A DNA stretch of 64,000 nucleotides from Octopus sinensis (taxonomy: Eukaryota): positions 102,052,001 through 102,116,000 of the forward strand of contig NC_043000.1 of assembly GCF_006345805.1 (NCBI RefSeq), written 5' to 3'. Shown piece after piece: positions 50,195 to 63,463 of this stretch. The translations under genes were made by a program, and so were the position numbers. How positions within the stretch are numbered: the first letter of the stretch is position 1; every line of letters begins with the position of its first letter. The notes under the pieces are model-generated. The model saw only the letters and a list, made by a program, of their open reading frames with translations. It was not told the DNA's origin and did no database searches.

Positions 50195-51024
50195 ATTTGC
50201 AATTCCCTCTTTCATAGAAATATCTTACTCTTCCTTTTCTAGTCTGTCTTTCCTCTTTTCTTCTCTCTTTTGCTTTGAGGAAGGACCAGAGTCCAAAACT
50301 TAAAGCAGTTTCTTTTTTTCCTTTCAACATTAACAAAAATTTATCATCTTTATATTTCCGCTATTTGTTCCTTTTTGATCCTGAGACGTTTCCCTGTTTT
50401 CTTTTATCACACTGATGCAGGACTTAGAATCTTTTAGGTACTTTTATGTACCTAATCGTCGATTCGGTTCCTGGACCAGCGGCACCACTGTATCCACTGT
50501 ATCCACAAATCGCTTCTTCTCATGCTGCGCTAGTCTGCAAAACTGAAAAGGAATACTAACCTAGTGTAGTGTAGCCCCTCTCGCCCTCCAGCTGTCATAA
50601 CCTCGGTGTTCTGCTAGGTCTAGGGGTGGGTTGGCCGAGAACTCTAAGACTGCTCACTATTACAAAGACCCTTAAAACAATTATCAAAAGCACGGTTCAT
50701 GCTAGAAGGTTATACGCGCTTGTGAATAATGGGTATGATGTTCCTGTAAATCCCATGTAATCCAAATAAGGTAATGTTAGGGTAAAAAATTCTAAATCTT
50801 GCATCAGTGGGATGAAAGATTAGAGAAACGATTCAATAAAAGAAAAGGAACAAATAACGGAAATATAATGAATATAAATTCAGGTTAATGTTGAAAGGAA
50901 GGAAAAGAAAATGCTTTACGTTTTGGACTCTGATCCTTCCTCAAAACAAAAAAAGAGAAGAAAAGAGAAAAGAAAGAGTAGCAAAGGAAGAGTTAGATAT
51001 TTGTATGGAAAGAAATTACGAGTG
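50195..51024. repeat. Long imperfect inverted repeat (arms about 50195-50436 and 50783-51024)
   Basis: Reverse complement of the left arm aligns along the right arm (e.g. ttgttaatgttgaaagga, gttttggactctg.tccttcctcaaa). Confidence 0.75.
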
Positions 51025-51890
51025 TAGTTAGTTTCGTGTCCTGTTCTGAAAGAAAGAAAAAACAAAACAGAAATTAGAGAGAAATGAATGTGGATTTACT
51101 GATTAGTCAGCAATAGTAATGGGAGGTAATGGGCAAGGGAATTATATGCGTGGATATTTTGTGTGTATGTGTGTATGCGCGTGTTTGTTTGCGCGTGTGT
51201 GTGTGTGTTTGTGTGTGCAATTGTTTGTGTGTGTGTGTGTGTAGATTTATATGTAGTAATGCGCGCGAAAGATATGCGATGCAGTGTGAATACATATATA
51301 TGAATGTGAAGCCGAGGGACTGTAGAAGCAGTGGAGGTGAGAGAGTAGCTTACCTACCTCTTGTGTCATACGTCTACACACGCTCCACATCGTTCAAATC
51401 ATAATAGTTGTATATTCACACAAATATGCACAACAAACCATGACCACATGCAAATACATAAAATGCAGACATTAACACACAAATACGCGCGCACGCCTCT
51501 TCATACATAGACGTAAATAGCAACACATATCTTACACACACAATGAACATAAACACAGTTACTTTTCCTCTCTCTACTTCTACAATCCATCCTCTTTACA
51601 GCATGCTACCAAACTGGCTAAACGTGCAATTTCGTTCCACGGAACTTTTCGCTTTAGGTTCTATCCAAGAACCTAAACGGGCATAAGAACAAATAAAATA
51701 TTCGATGTCACTTCCAGACGTATAATACTTTGTGACCTGAGTTGACATAGCATGAAGACACCATATTTAATTTGCCTAAATTCCTGTTAATCTCTCTAGA
51801 TACCTGACGACTTAGGTTCGTTCTACGAACCTACGAAATTTGCATGAAACCTAGTCAAACTATAATTAGATTATATATGCCTTTCTGTGT

Positions 51891-51892
<2 letters not shown>

Positions 51893-51973
<81 letters not shown>
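51893..51973 (+). repeat. (AGAT)n microsatellite
   Basis: Directly visible. Confidence 0.95.
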
Positions 51974-51974
<1 letters not shown>

Positions 51975-51999
51975 ATGGAGAGATACCTATATCCTTGAA

Positions 52000-52420
52000 A
52001 TAAGATAGAAATCGCTGAGTTTAATATTCATGTTATTAATGAAAAAGATAAAGGAAATTTTAATCATCTACAGATATTAAATATGGACGAAATCCCTCTG
52101 ACATTTAAAAATAAAATGAAACTAGATGATAGATTGCAAAGGAGCTAAATCATGAAAAGCTGAACTACACAATTGTGTTTAAAAGAAATAATACCAAATG
52201 GATTTCATATTCGTGTTCATGTGAATGGCTTTAATAGGTCAGGTGGAATTAAAATGTGGATAGAGAGTGGCCCATGAATATTGGCTGCTTCTTAAAGAAA
52301 CCCGCCCTTCTAATTCGAGACGAGTTTCAAGCTCATAGAATTGGGGTTATTTAAAAGAAAGTTGAACTTACGATCCAGCATACTATACCAAACCCACAGG
52401 CCACGATGTAGACAAACTTC
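52000..52420 (+). mobile_element. pogo-type DDE transposase remnant
   Basis: NMDEIPLTF, NHEKLNYTIV, FKR..PNGFHIRVHVNG, IKMWIES, LLIRDEFQAH, GHDV across several frames match the pogo/POGK NMDETP..GHEK..FTVVL..FKRK..LLVWD.F.AH..QPLDV order. Confidence 0.6.
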
Positions 52421-52465
52421 ACTTCGGTATTCTCTCATCAATTAATCTATATATTTATATATGTA

Positions 52466-52864
52466 CTAGCAGTATCGCCCGGTGTTGCTCGGGTTTGTAA
52501 GGGACATAACTATATAAGCATTTTTAGAGAGTTATAGCCAAAAAATAGCAAAAAATGCATTAAAAATGGAAAAGAAATGATGGTAATGTTTTTTAAAAAT
52601 CATTGACTCATCGTAAACATTTTTAGAGAGTTACTTCCCTTATTTAATAGCGAAAAAAATGCATTAAAATGGAAAAAAAATGATGGTAATTTTTTTTTTA
52701 AATCGTAGACTCATCGTAGACGCGCGCTAATACCCAGAAGGGCTCGATATGAATCATGACTATAAGATACCCGGTTTTGGTTAAACTGCACCGCAAAATG
52801 TGGGAGTAGTTAGGAATCTAAATCGTAGGAGACAGACACACAACCTCTCTTTTATATATAAAGA
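52466..52864 (-). mobile_element. Short complete non-autonomous Helitron
   Basis: Minus strand A|TCTTTATATATAAAA ... cccgagcaacaccggg hairpin ... CTAG|T; internal duplication of an aaaaatgcattaaaa unit. Confidence 0.8.
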
Positions 52865-54350
52865 TATATAGGTTAACCCTCGTCTAGCTAATTAGTTAAA
52901 TCTAGCCATTGAGAATTAAATGAATTTCCTCACGCACGCAGCGTGTGTTAAAGCCGTTGGCAAGAAATATAACAGCGATTTGTTCAAATTGTTATTATAC
53001 AACCCAGCAAGATAGCTTCTACACAGTCCTTTCTTTGATTAGCTACAAATAGCAATCAAACACGATCAAATCATATTCTACCAACTTTATATGGACGTTC
53101 GACTTTCTACCTATAGCATCGAAATTTTACTTGCATCACACTGGAGTCAAATTTTACTTGTATTGATATTACTCACATTTAAGGGAGAACGATAATGTAT
53201 ACAGCATCTTTCTCCAATGAAAAGGGAGAATGATATTGGATAATGCCCTAGATAGTCATGTCTTGCTCTCTTGGGACTGGTCAGAAAGAAGCTTAAATCG
53301 ATCAACTATCAACACTTTAATGGAAACGTTCCCATGGGGTTACGAAAGGCAAGCGCACTGTACAATATAAAAGAACATAAAACCGTCACTAAAGGGACTT
53401 CAACATTAGTTCCAACATCCGCAAAGAATATCATCCAAATATTCATTGTTCAAACCAACTTAACTAAGAATACTCTTGACAACTTTATCCCTAATATAGA
53501 ATGAAAGCTGCTAATTATAATTACGGATGATGCTTTTAAGACGTTGACGTTATCAAACTTAGTAATTGTTAAATGTATTTTCAGCCGATTATTGTCGAAA
53601 GACTTTGTCCCGAAGTAATCTGCGTAATAACAATACGCAACTTCTACCGTAAGTAAAAACATGGAGGAGTCGTGATTGAAGCGCCTTGATCGGTTTGCCT
53701 ATGATCAAAGAGCTGACCTGGGGCTAAACAGCATCCAGATGAAACCTCTACCTGGTGGCTTGAAGTTGGATATAGGAGCCAAATCTCTCTCAAATCACAT
53801 ACTACAATCTTGAGAAAGGCTACGTTGAATATTGCTATCGTAGGTGTACAATACCTGAGAAATAAAATAGGTTAACTAGGAATGTAAAAAGTCTTTTGAT
53901 CATATATCGAGCCAATGGCCTGAGCTGTACGCGTTCCGTCTACTTTTAGAAATAACAGTAAAATATCTCTCAAAGGGCATCTCCGTGTTCTAGCATAAGG
54001 ATAGCACATTATTAGATAGTATAGTCCTACGTATTTCTAAGGGAGATGAGACTGTCATGACAGGAATACATTTTGATCCTAGATCAGCGCACTCAGAGAT
54101 GATCTGAGACTGAACAATGAGAACAACAACACGCAAATGACGTGGGTTCGTGCCTCATACAGATCACATGCTGGTTATACGCGCAGGAGTTACTATGTGG
54201 TTAAGAAGCTCACTTTGCAACCATGTGGTTTCAGTGTCAGTCCCACTGCATGACATTTGCGTCATTGTTATTTTTACAATTGACTGCGACTGACTATTGC
54301 CTTGTGAGTGAATATGGTTGACGTAGAACGTGTGAAAATCAAAATCATGG

Positions 54351-54383
<33 letters not shown>

Positions 54384-54836
54384 TATATATAAACACAATT
54401 TATTGAAAAATATAAGCTAAACCTTATTAACCATTTATAGCAATTTTAAATAAGGAAATTTACCTCATTGAAAAAATATAAAGCAAAACTTAACCACTTC
54501 TAACATTCTATTCTTCCTAAACCAAATCATGTTAAATTCAAATACCTAGTCATTCCCAAAATTTTTGATTATCTCCCTTATACCGAAAAATCCAGGATTA
54601 CCTTCCATGTCTGGAACTTTCTCACTTCACTCTTAGCGAAGAGATGACACAATATCGGTAAAGAAATTTGCGAAATATGAAAAGAAAATACGAAACCGGT
54701 AACTTTACACAGAAATTTAGAATATTTTTCTAACATAACAATTTAAATATATTCTTTAACCATATAACACAAGTCTTCTTTAGTTTTTTCACTCTATTTT
54801 GTCTTTTATACATCTAACCACGTGCTTTAACATACC

Positions 54837-54953
<117 letters not shown>

Positions 54954-55050
54954 CTTATCTGTATGCATGTATGTATGTATATATATATATACATATCTGT
55001 ATGTATATATATATATATATATCTGTATGTATGTATATATATATATATAC

Positions 55051-55083
<33 letters not shown>

Positions 55084-55469
55084 TGTATGTATGTATGTAT
55101 GTATGTATATGTATATATACACACACACATATATATAAATATATGTATGTATATATACATGTATACACGTATATATCTATGTGTATATATACTTATATAC
55201 GTATATATTTATGTATATGTATGAATGTATGCATGTGTATGTATATGTCTTATGTGTGTGTGTTTGCGTATGCATCTTTGTGTCTGTGTTTGTGTGTTTG
55301 TTTCTTTAAGGGCCTTTATCTCATCAGTTGAGCAAGAGGCCAACAGAATAACTATCAATTTTAAAGTAAGTAATGGTGCTGATTTGTTCGAGAAAAACAC
55401 TTCAAGGGGGAACCCCGACATGGCGTCAGTCCAATGACTGAAATAGGGAAAGATGAAACGTAACAGATG

Positions 55470-56270
55470 CATGCACATGTATGTATGTATGTATGTATGT
55501 ATGTAGGTAGGTAGGTAGATAAGCAGGCAGGTAGGTATGTAGGTAAGTAGGTATGTATGTAGGTAGGTAGGTAGGTAGGTAGGTAGATAGGTAGGTAGGT
55601 AGGTAGGTAGGTAGGTAGGTAGTTAAGCAGGTAGGTAGGTAGGCATGTAGGTAGGTAGGTAGGTAGGTAGGTAGGTTGATAGGCAGGTTGATGGATTGGT
55701 TAGCTGATATTTATGTATGTATGTATGTATGTATGTATGTATGTATGTAGGTAGGTAGGTAGGTAGGTAGGTAGGTAGGTAGGTAGATAGATAGGTAAGT
55801 AGGTTGGTTGGTAGGCGACTGGCAGAAACGTAAGCACGCCGGGCGAAATGCGTAGCCGTATTTCGTCTGCCGTTACGTTCTGAGTTCAAATTCTGCCCAG
55901 GTCGACTTTGCCTTTAATCCTTTCGGGGTCGATAAATTAAGTACTAGTTACGCACTGGGAGTCGATGTAATCGACTTAATACCTATGTCTGTCCTTGTTT
56001 GTCCCCACTATGTTTAGACCCTTGTGGGTAATAAAGAAATAGGTATGTATGTACGTATGTATGTACGTATGTATGTATGTATGTATGTATGTTTGTATGT
56101 ATGTATGTATGTATGTATGTATGTGTGTATGTATGTATATAGGTAGGTAGGTAGGTAGGTAGGTGGGTAGGGGGTAGGTAGGTAGATAGGTAGGTAGGTA
56201 GGTAGGTAGGTAGGTTAGGTAGGTAGGTGGGTAGGTAGGTAGATAGGTGGGTAGGTAGGTAAGTAAGTAG
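55470..56270 (+). repeat. Compound (TAGG)n/(TATG)n array interrupted by a SINE
   Basis: Directly visible. Confidence 0.9.
55814..56042 (+). mobile_element. SINE family A monomer, tail 2
   Basis: ggcgactggcagaaacg...gagttcaaattc...ttaatacctatgtctgtcc...aaagaaatag. Confidence 0.85.
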
Positions 56271-56568
56271 TTCATTCTCAGCAGCTTGTTCTGTTTCACT
56301 ACGGAAACAGATGGACATACATCTAAAGTGTGTTGTCAATCCACCGAAGTAGAAATGTAATTTGTCCCCTTTTTAGCAAAATGGATTTTACATTATCAAC
56401 GCCTAAAAGAAAACAATATATTCACGCTCCCTTTCAGTGGCGTCTTTCGATAATTGCATTAGAAAATAAAATGGCAATTAATTAGAAGACGTAAAGAAAT
56501 AGGTGATTGCGACGCTAACAAACATGTTGATCGTCATGATGATCGATGATGTTAATGGTAATATATTC

Positions 56569-56609
<41 letters not shown>

Positions 56610-56630
56610 CACACACACAACTAACACACA

Positions 56631-56661
<31 letters not shown>

Positions 56662-57869
56662 GGGTGTGTGTGTGCTTGCATGTATGTAGATATGTATATA
56701 TGTGTATATATGTATACCTATATGTATATATATGCATACATATATATAGAGAGAGATTGGCATATTTATATATGTATGCATATATATACATGTATATATA
56801 TATATATATATATACATACATATATACATATAAAAACATATATATGCATAAATGCATGTACACATACATATATGTGTATGTATTTGTGTATACATATATA
56901 TATATACGTATATATAAATATATATATGTATGTATTCATATATATATATATATATGTGTGTGTGTATATATATATACTTATACATACATATATATATGAA
57001 TAAATACATGCATATATATGTTCGTATGTATGTGTGTGTTTATCTATATATGTATGTATATATACATATATATTATATGCAGGTGGGTTTAGTTTTCTAT
57101 TGTTTTACTTTCATATTCATTTCATGCTAGCCTAGGTTTTTGTAAATCGGGACAATAATTGTCGATGCAAATAAGGTATGTGTGTGTATAAGTACGGGTG
57201 TATCTGAATGTATACATCATTATGTGTCCGTGCATGTCTGAATGTATGTGTCTGATTGAAAGTGTTTGAATGTATGTGTCTGTGTGTGTGTGTCTGTGCC
57301 TCTGTGTGTGTGTGTGTGTGTGTTTATTTGCAACGGATAGCTATTATACTACAGAGCACTCAAATGTGAAATGAGAACGGCAGCAATTCTATGTTTATTT
57401 GTTGGAAGTAGATTCGTTTATTTAGTTTATTTTTCTTTCTTACTTTTTCGAAGTAAATTGCCTGATGACGCAAATTCTGCGGTTAATGCAAAAGTGCTTT
57501 AACTAACTTTGATCGGGAGTAAAAATACTATTCTGAGGAATAACAAAGTAGTAATCACAGTGGTATAATAAATTAATTATACTCTAGTTCTTATGTATAG
57601 AGTGCATTTTCCAGTTGTTTGCAAACTCATTGCGCGCGCCTGTGTGTATGCGTGTGTAATTATGTGTGTCTGTGTGAGTGTATGTACAAAGGGCCGCTGG
57701 CCAAAACTTAAAGGTCACTCTCAAACTTCTTGTAAAAGTTTGAAAAGCATTCATTCTACAATAAATAAATTAACAAACTATACATGAAACAAATCTAAGC
57801 ATGTACAATATGTATGTGCATATATATACATATATATATATATATTCGCCATGATACCTCGCTAGCCAC

Positions 57870-58040
57870 TACACATTCTTTATATTTTTCTCCTCGTTTC
57901 TTGGTGTTCCTTCCTGTTGTAGAGCGTAGGCTCGAAACGTTAAAGACTTTTTCACTTCCCGAGCGTTATACTAATACATTTGTTTGTTGTCTACAGCACC
58001 TGTCTTCGTCTTTTGTTGTTTTTTTTGTGAATTCTCCTTA
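57870..58040 (+). mobile_element. Short Penelope-like terminal repeat fragment with hammerhead-like motif
   Basis: Homologous to 4931-5101 and 33940-34115. Confidence 0.6.
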
Positions 58041-58046
58041 TATACA

Positions 58047-58253
58047 CAAGCTGTCCCAGAAGTCGCGCACCATTCTGGTTTTCATTTGAAATAATTAAAG
58101 CATTTTATTTTATATTTTCTCGGCATGTTTTATTGTAGAGGGTGCTCAATTTCAGCATTTGTTACGATTAATTTCAATAAAGTGTTTTTGAAATCAGTAA
58201 CGGTGTATTCTTTTTAAAAACACAGGATGGTGCGCAACTTCTGGGACACCCTG
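58047..58253. mobile_element. Tc1/mariner-type MITE (207 bp)
   Basis: 31-bp TIRs at 58047-58077 and 58223-58253 (cagggtgtcccagaagttgcgcaccatcctg), TA after the right TIR, AT-rich interior. Confidence 0.8.
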
Positions 58254-58573
58254 TATCTATCTATCTATCTATCTATCTATATCTATCTATCTATATATAT
58301 ATATTATATATATATATATATTATATATATATATATATACAAATTGAGATAGAGGTTGTAAATGCAACCCTCCATGGGGTAACATATATCCATATACTGC
58401 TAGTGAAGTACCCAACTTTTTTATACAACATTACTATTTTATGTACACTGATTTGTTCTGCTTTTTATATTTAACCCTACAGTCTCTTATGTGGTGGTTT
58501 AATAAAGTATGTGATGAGTATTATCTGGTAATTGATATTTGATTTAGATGTATTTCTCCATTTTCTTATCTTG

Positions 58574-58610
<37 letters not shown>

Positions 58611-58899
58611 GTGTAAAAATTAAACAAACACAAAGACGAGATAAAAAACAGAGTGCATTCGGTTTACGCACAGGAAAAATAGAAAGAAAATGCTTTACGT
58701 TTCGGACATACACTTTTCTACAGAAAGAAATCATTACGACAGAAAAGAGAAGACGTGTTTCAGTTAGACAGTCACTGCATGATACGTATATATGAGACAT
58801 ATATATTTAACATGGAGATTGATGACATAAATGTAATCAACAGGCATGAAAAAAACAAATGTACATATCTATCTATTTATGTATCTCTTTCTCTCCATA

Positions 58900-58957
<58 letters not shown>

Positions 58958-59899
58958 GTTGAGTTCAATTAGAACATTTTTGGTTGGCTGGGGGTTCAAA
59001 GTTAGATGTCGTATTAAAATTGTAGCTTACTAATGTATTTCTTTAAAAGATGGGAAAGTTTAACAAGTATAAGGTGGGTTATGAGCATCTATAGTATATA
59101 ATCCTATATAAACTCAACTAACAATTAAAGATGGAGAAGAGATGTTAAAAGTTTTATAAAATCTTATTCCATGCATACGATTGTGTCAAATGATAACACC
59201 AACATGCAAGAAACATGGAAAAAATTAAATTAATTATAATTATAATTAAGTTAATTTAATTACGTATTACCATTCTCCTCAGTGCAAAAGATGGAGAAAA
59301 CACCAGGAAAAGTAGTAACTGAAGAATATTACAGGAGACCATATTGAGTCTGCGCCGGATAACTCAATCGGATATTCATAAATTGATTGTGTAAGATGAA
59401 ACATGGTTAGGGAGTGTTGAATCTAGATGTGTAAGGACTAAAACTGATTTGGCTAACGGATATTTTGAAATATAATTAGGAAGCATCGAAAAGATATTCT
59501 CACTATATGAGCATGATCAAAGCGGCGAACAAACATTCCATATAAGGTGTTTATCCTAGGGGATAAATATATAATATTAATATATATACATACACATATA
59601 CAATCATATACACACAAAAACGCACATACATATATACATACATATACATATTCATACAGATACATATTCCCGTATATATACACACATACATATATACATA
59701 TACATATATACATATATGCAGTTTCACCATTCCATAGCAAAACTGTTCTACTACATTTTGACAATTTTTGATTTCTTGGCATCTAAAGCAGCTGGAGGTA
59801 CGATAGTTTGACCAAAAGAACCGGCTATTGTAAGCAAAAATAAATATTGAACAAAAAGCCGCATTTGGCCAAATTTGGACGACATACGTACAAACACAC

Positions 59900-60067
59900 A
59901 TACATACATACATACATACATACATACATACATACATACATACATACATACATACATACATACATACGTACGTACATACATGCATACATACATACATACA
60001 TACATACATACATACATACATACATACATACATACATACATACATACATACATACATACATACATAC
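59900..60067 (+). repeat. (TACA)n microsatellite
   Basis: Directly visible. Confidence 0.95.
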
Positions 60068-60299
60068 AAAACTACCCTGTTGATGTTGAAACTTTTGTAT
60101 AGTAGCAACGATATATTTCATATATATAAGGGTGAGAAACAAAACATTAAATTCATAAGACCCTTTATTCAGAACCACTACGATCGCTTCCACTCATCTT
60201 ACACCCGTACCTTACAGGTGAGATTGTTTAAACCAATTGTCATGCATTATAGTTGCAGATGCGTAAATTCGGTAGAATATAATAGCCGAATACAGCATA

Positions 60300-60600
60300 C
60301 CACAAGTGTCTTAGTTGAACAATCGACTCCAAGATTTATCTTTTTAAGCCTAGTACTTAATTTATCGGTCTTTTTTGCTGAACGTGTAAGTTATGTGGAC
60401 GCAAACATATCAACACCGGTTGTCAAGCAGTGATGAGGACAAGGACAAACACAAAGATACACACACACACAAATGTGTATATATATATATATATACGATG
60501 AGCTACTTTCAGTTTCCGTCTACCAAATCACTTTCAACGGCCCGAGGCTATAGTTGAAAACACTTGCCCAAAGTGCCACGCAGTGGGACTGAACCTGGAT
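60300..60600 (-). mobile_element. SINE family B, degenerate
   Basis: ttcagtttccgtctaccaaatc, cacttgcccaaagtgccacgcagtgggactgaacc. Confidence 0.75.
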
Positions 60601-61794
60601 CCATAGGGTTGTTAGGTAGGTTGGTATATATGTAGAGAGGTACCAGCCACGACGTTACGAACCATTGTTTACGTAATACAAATATATGGAACATATCATG
60701 TAATACATATATCGAGAAATTTTAAACTTTAATTTTTAATCATTTTGTAACATATGCCTTCATATCACCTAAAATTCTATGCAAGTAAATAATTGATTGC
60801 AATAAACACACATACACACGCGAGCGCGCATTCTGGAAAGCACAAAGACACTTCGTACAGTGAGACACATCCTCTTAAGTAATGGAATTTTCAAAGATAC
60901 TAATACAAGATATACTGGTAAATATTTAATTATAGAACATAGACAACGTCTTTTGAGAGTCAGTAAGCTTAAATCTTTAATTCACCATATTCAACTTCTT
61001 CCATATTTTCAAAGTAATATCCACGTAAATAAGTAACTTATTACAAATGCTTGCGAATAAACAACCCCACCACACACTTAAATTAAACCGTCTATCACAC
61101 ATGCACGTCCGTACACTCATAAACACTGAAATACCTCAACTCACCACTCTTGAGACCGACTTCGCTTACATGATCCATACTTCGTATTTTAAATTGTTGC
61201 CATCAAAATTTCAAGTTAGTTGCTCCAAACGGTTGTTCAATATTGGTTTCAACCTTTGGCTCAAGGCCGGCAATTTTGGTTGGAGGGATCAAGTCAGTTA
61301 CATCGACAGTAGTGTTTAACTGGTACTTATTTTATTCCTCCAAGAAATATGACAGGGTACGCCGACCTCACTAAAATTTGAATTTAGAATGAATATGTTG
61401 AATATATAATGCAAAGCATTTTGTTGGACGGTCTAACGATTCGCCCAGCTTGTCATCTTACATTTGCTTCTTGATGAGAGAAGATTTTTATTTTTTAAAT
61501 AATGAGGAATTTCACGAAAATGTAACAAAGGCAGTGTAATTTAATAGAAATATGGTAACAAAAGGGATATATTTTTCGCAAACATCTCCACTTTAATAAA
61601 TTCTGTAGAAATACGCGATTTCACATTTCAACTAGCCAGCTTCCTTTTGAATATTTTTTTTTATCTTGATTTCATCTTACTCAAGTAGCCTTTAATCAAA
61701 ATTCATAGTTTTTTTTTCTCTCTTCGTAGTTATTGATAATCACCTTACCTGTTTCTCAAGTAGAAGCTTCCAATTTTCCCTAAATATTTATTGA

Positions 61795-62005
61795 TTTCAA
61801 ATTTTAGCACAAGGCCAGAAGTTTCGAAAGAAAGGGGTAAATCTATCACATCGATACCTGTGTTCAATTGATGCTTATTTTGTCGACCCCGAAAGTATGA
61901 AAGGCAAATTCGGCCTCGGCGGAATTTGAACTCAGAACATAAAAACGGACGAAATGCCGCTAAATATTTTGCCCGGCGCGCTAACGATTCTGCCCGCTCA
62001 CCGCT
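61795..62005 (-). mobile_element. SINE family A, degenerate
   Basis: gtcgaccccgaaagtatgaaaggcaaa...cggcggaatttgaactcagaac...gctaacgattctgcc. Confidence 0.8.
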
Positions 62006-62710
62006 TTTCACTGAACCTTTCACTAAATACATATAAAAAAACTTGAAAGTCCCGGTGTAAAATAACCATTCTGTTTAATTTTGTTCTATTACGTTGATAA
62101 CGTTGTAGCTTTTCATCAAAAATCGCCCCAAGTTGATTTCCTACATGTTTTATCGGATAAACTTATAGTCCCAGGTACGTTCTCATAAATTCATCATGCT
62201 TTTCCATCTAGATTTACCTCCAGCTAACCCATTTGCATGCATCGTTTTTGTCTTCCTTTTATTCCGTCAACCTGTACATAACTGCACCTTCCATTTTTTG
62301 TTGCTTTTGTACTGCTTAAAGGCACGTTTCTTTCTGACAAGTTTACTGTTTAAACCATGTTTGTGTTCTCCCAGTCAACAGCCTTATCATCACTGGTACT
62401 TTAAACCCTTCGGTTGCATATTTGTGTGAATAAAATCGTTTTTCTTTGGAATAGAAGAAAGTCTATCTTTATTTCTTCTTTTGCCGGTGTCTCAAATTTA
62501 GGTTAAATCAGTGTTTCTCAAAGGGGGGGGGCTATGGGACGGTCGGACAAGTTGTTTTAAGAAAATTTGGTTTAAATGTTTGACAACACAGCACCGTCCA
62601 TTGGACAGGGGGCGTTTTGCTCGTATATTATATATATATGTCCTCGTGTTGCTGTGTTTTTTTTCTGTGTTTTCTTGTTTAGATTAACCCTATATATATA
62701 TATATTATAT

Positions 62711-62769
<59 letters not shown>

Positions 62770-62774
<5 letters not shown>

Positions 62775-62960
62775 TTAATCCAAACATGAAAGCACAAAAA
62801 AACACACAACGCGAGGACGTGGAACAAATATAGTATTATTGGACGCTCAGGAAAGAAGGGAAGAAGGAGGGTTTAACGTTTCGAGCGGAGCTCTTCGTCG
62901 GAAACATAGGAGAAGGAAAGATCCAGAGAAGAGAAGACGGAGGAAAAAAATCACCAACGG
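62770..62960 (-). mobile_element. Short Penelope-like terminal repeat fragment with hammerhead-like motif
   Basis: Minus strand gtttccgacgaagagctccgctcgaaacgttaaac; ends in (TA)n; partial inverted copy at about 62640-62690. Confidence 0.55.
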
Positions 62961-63274
62961 TACACACGCGGTCACATATATATATATACATATATATATT
63001 AAAGGCGGTGCTGCAGCATGGCCGTAGTCAAATGTCTAAAACAAATAAGAGAATAAAAGAATATACATATACACACATGTGTGTGTTATTGAGTTCATAA
63101 TAGTTATTGAGTTACAACTTGCAGAATTTCTATGTATGAAACTTAGAAATGAAGAGTTCAATAGTAGTTGCATCACTTTTATATTTATTTCAGATAAACC
63201 CTTTCTTTTATTTCGTTTCCTTATGTTGTTATTCTTACAACACACATATGCACACAAGCACACACGTGGAATAT

Positions 63275-63313
<39 letters not shown>

Positions 63314-63402
63314 AACATATATATGCACACACATATACAAGTATATATATACATTCATACATACATATATTTGTAAGCATATGCTTGTGGAAGTATGTAT
63401 AC

Positions 63403-63463
<61 letters not shown>

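Noticed and set aside
53200-53660. 77-aa and 70-aa ORFs in non-repetitive-looking sequence
   Set aside because: No recognisable motif; probably an old TE remnant
57461-57500. ctgatgacgca...tgcg...gcaaaa hammerhead-like string
   Set aside because: No GAAA at the required position and no cleavage site or stems I/III
62190-62530. Possible Tigger CENP-B HTH remnant (ERNVPLS, G*LE) and hAT-like end cagtgtttctcaaa
   Set aside because: Too degenerate; no second terminus
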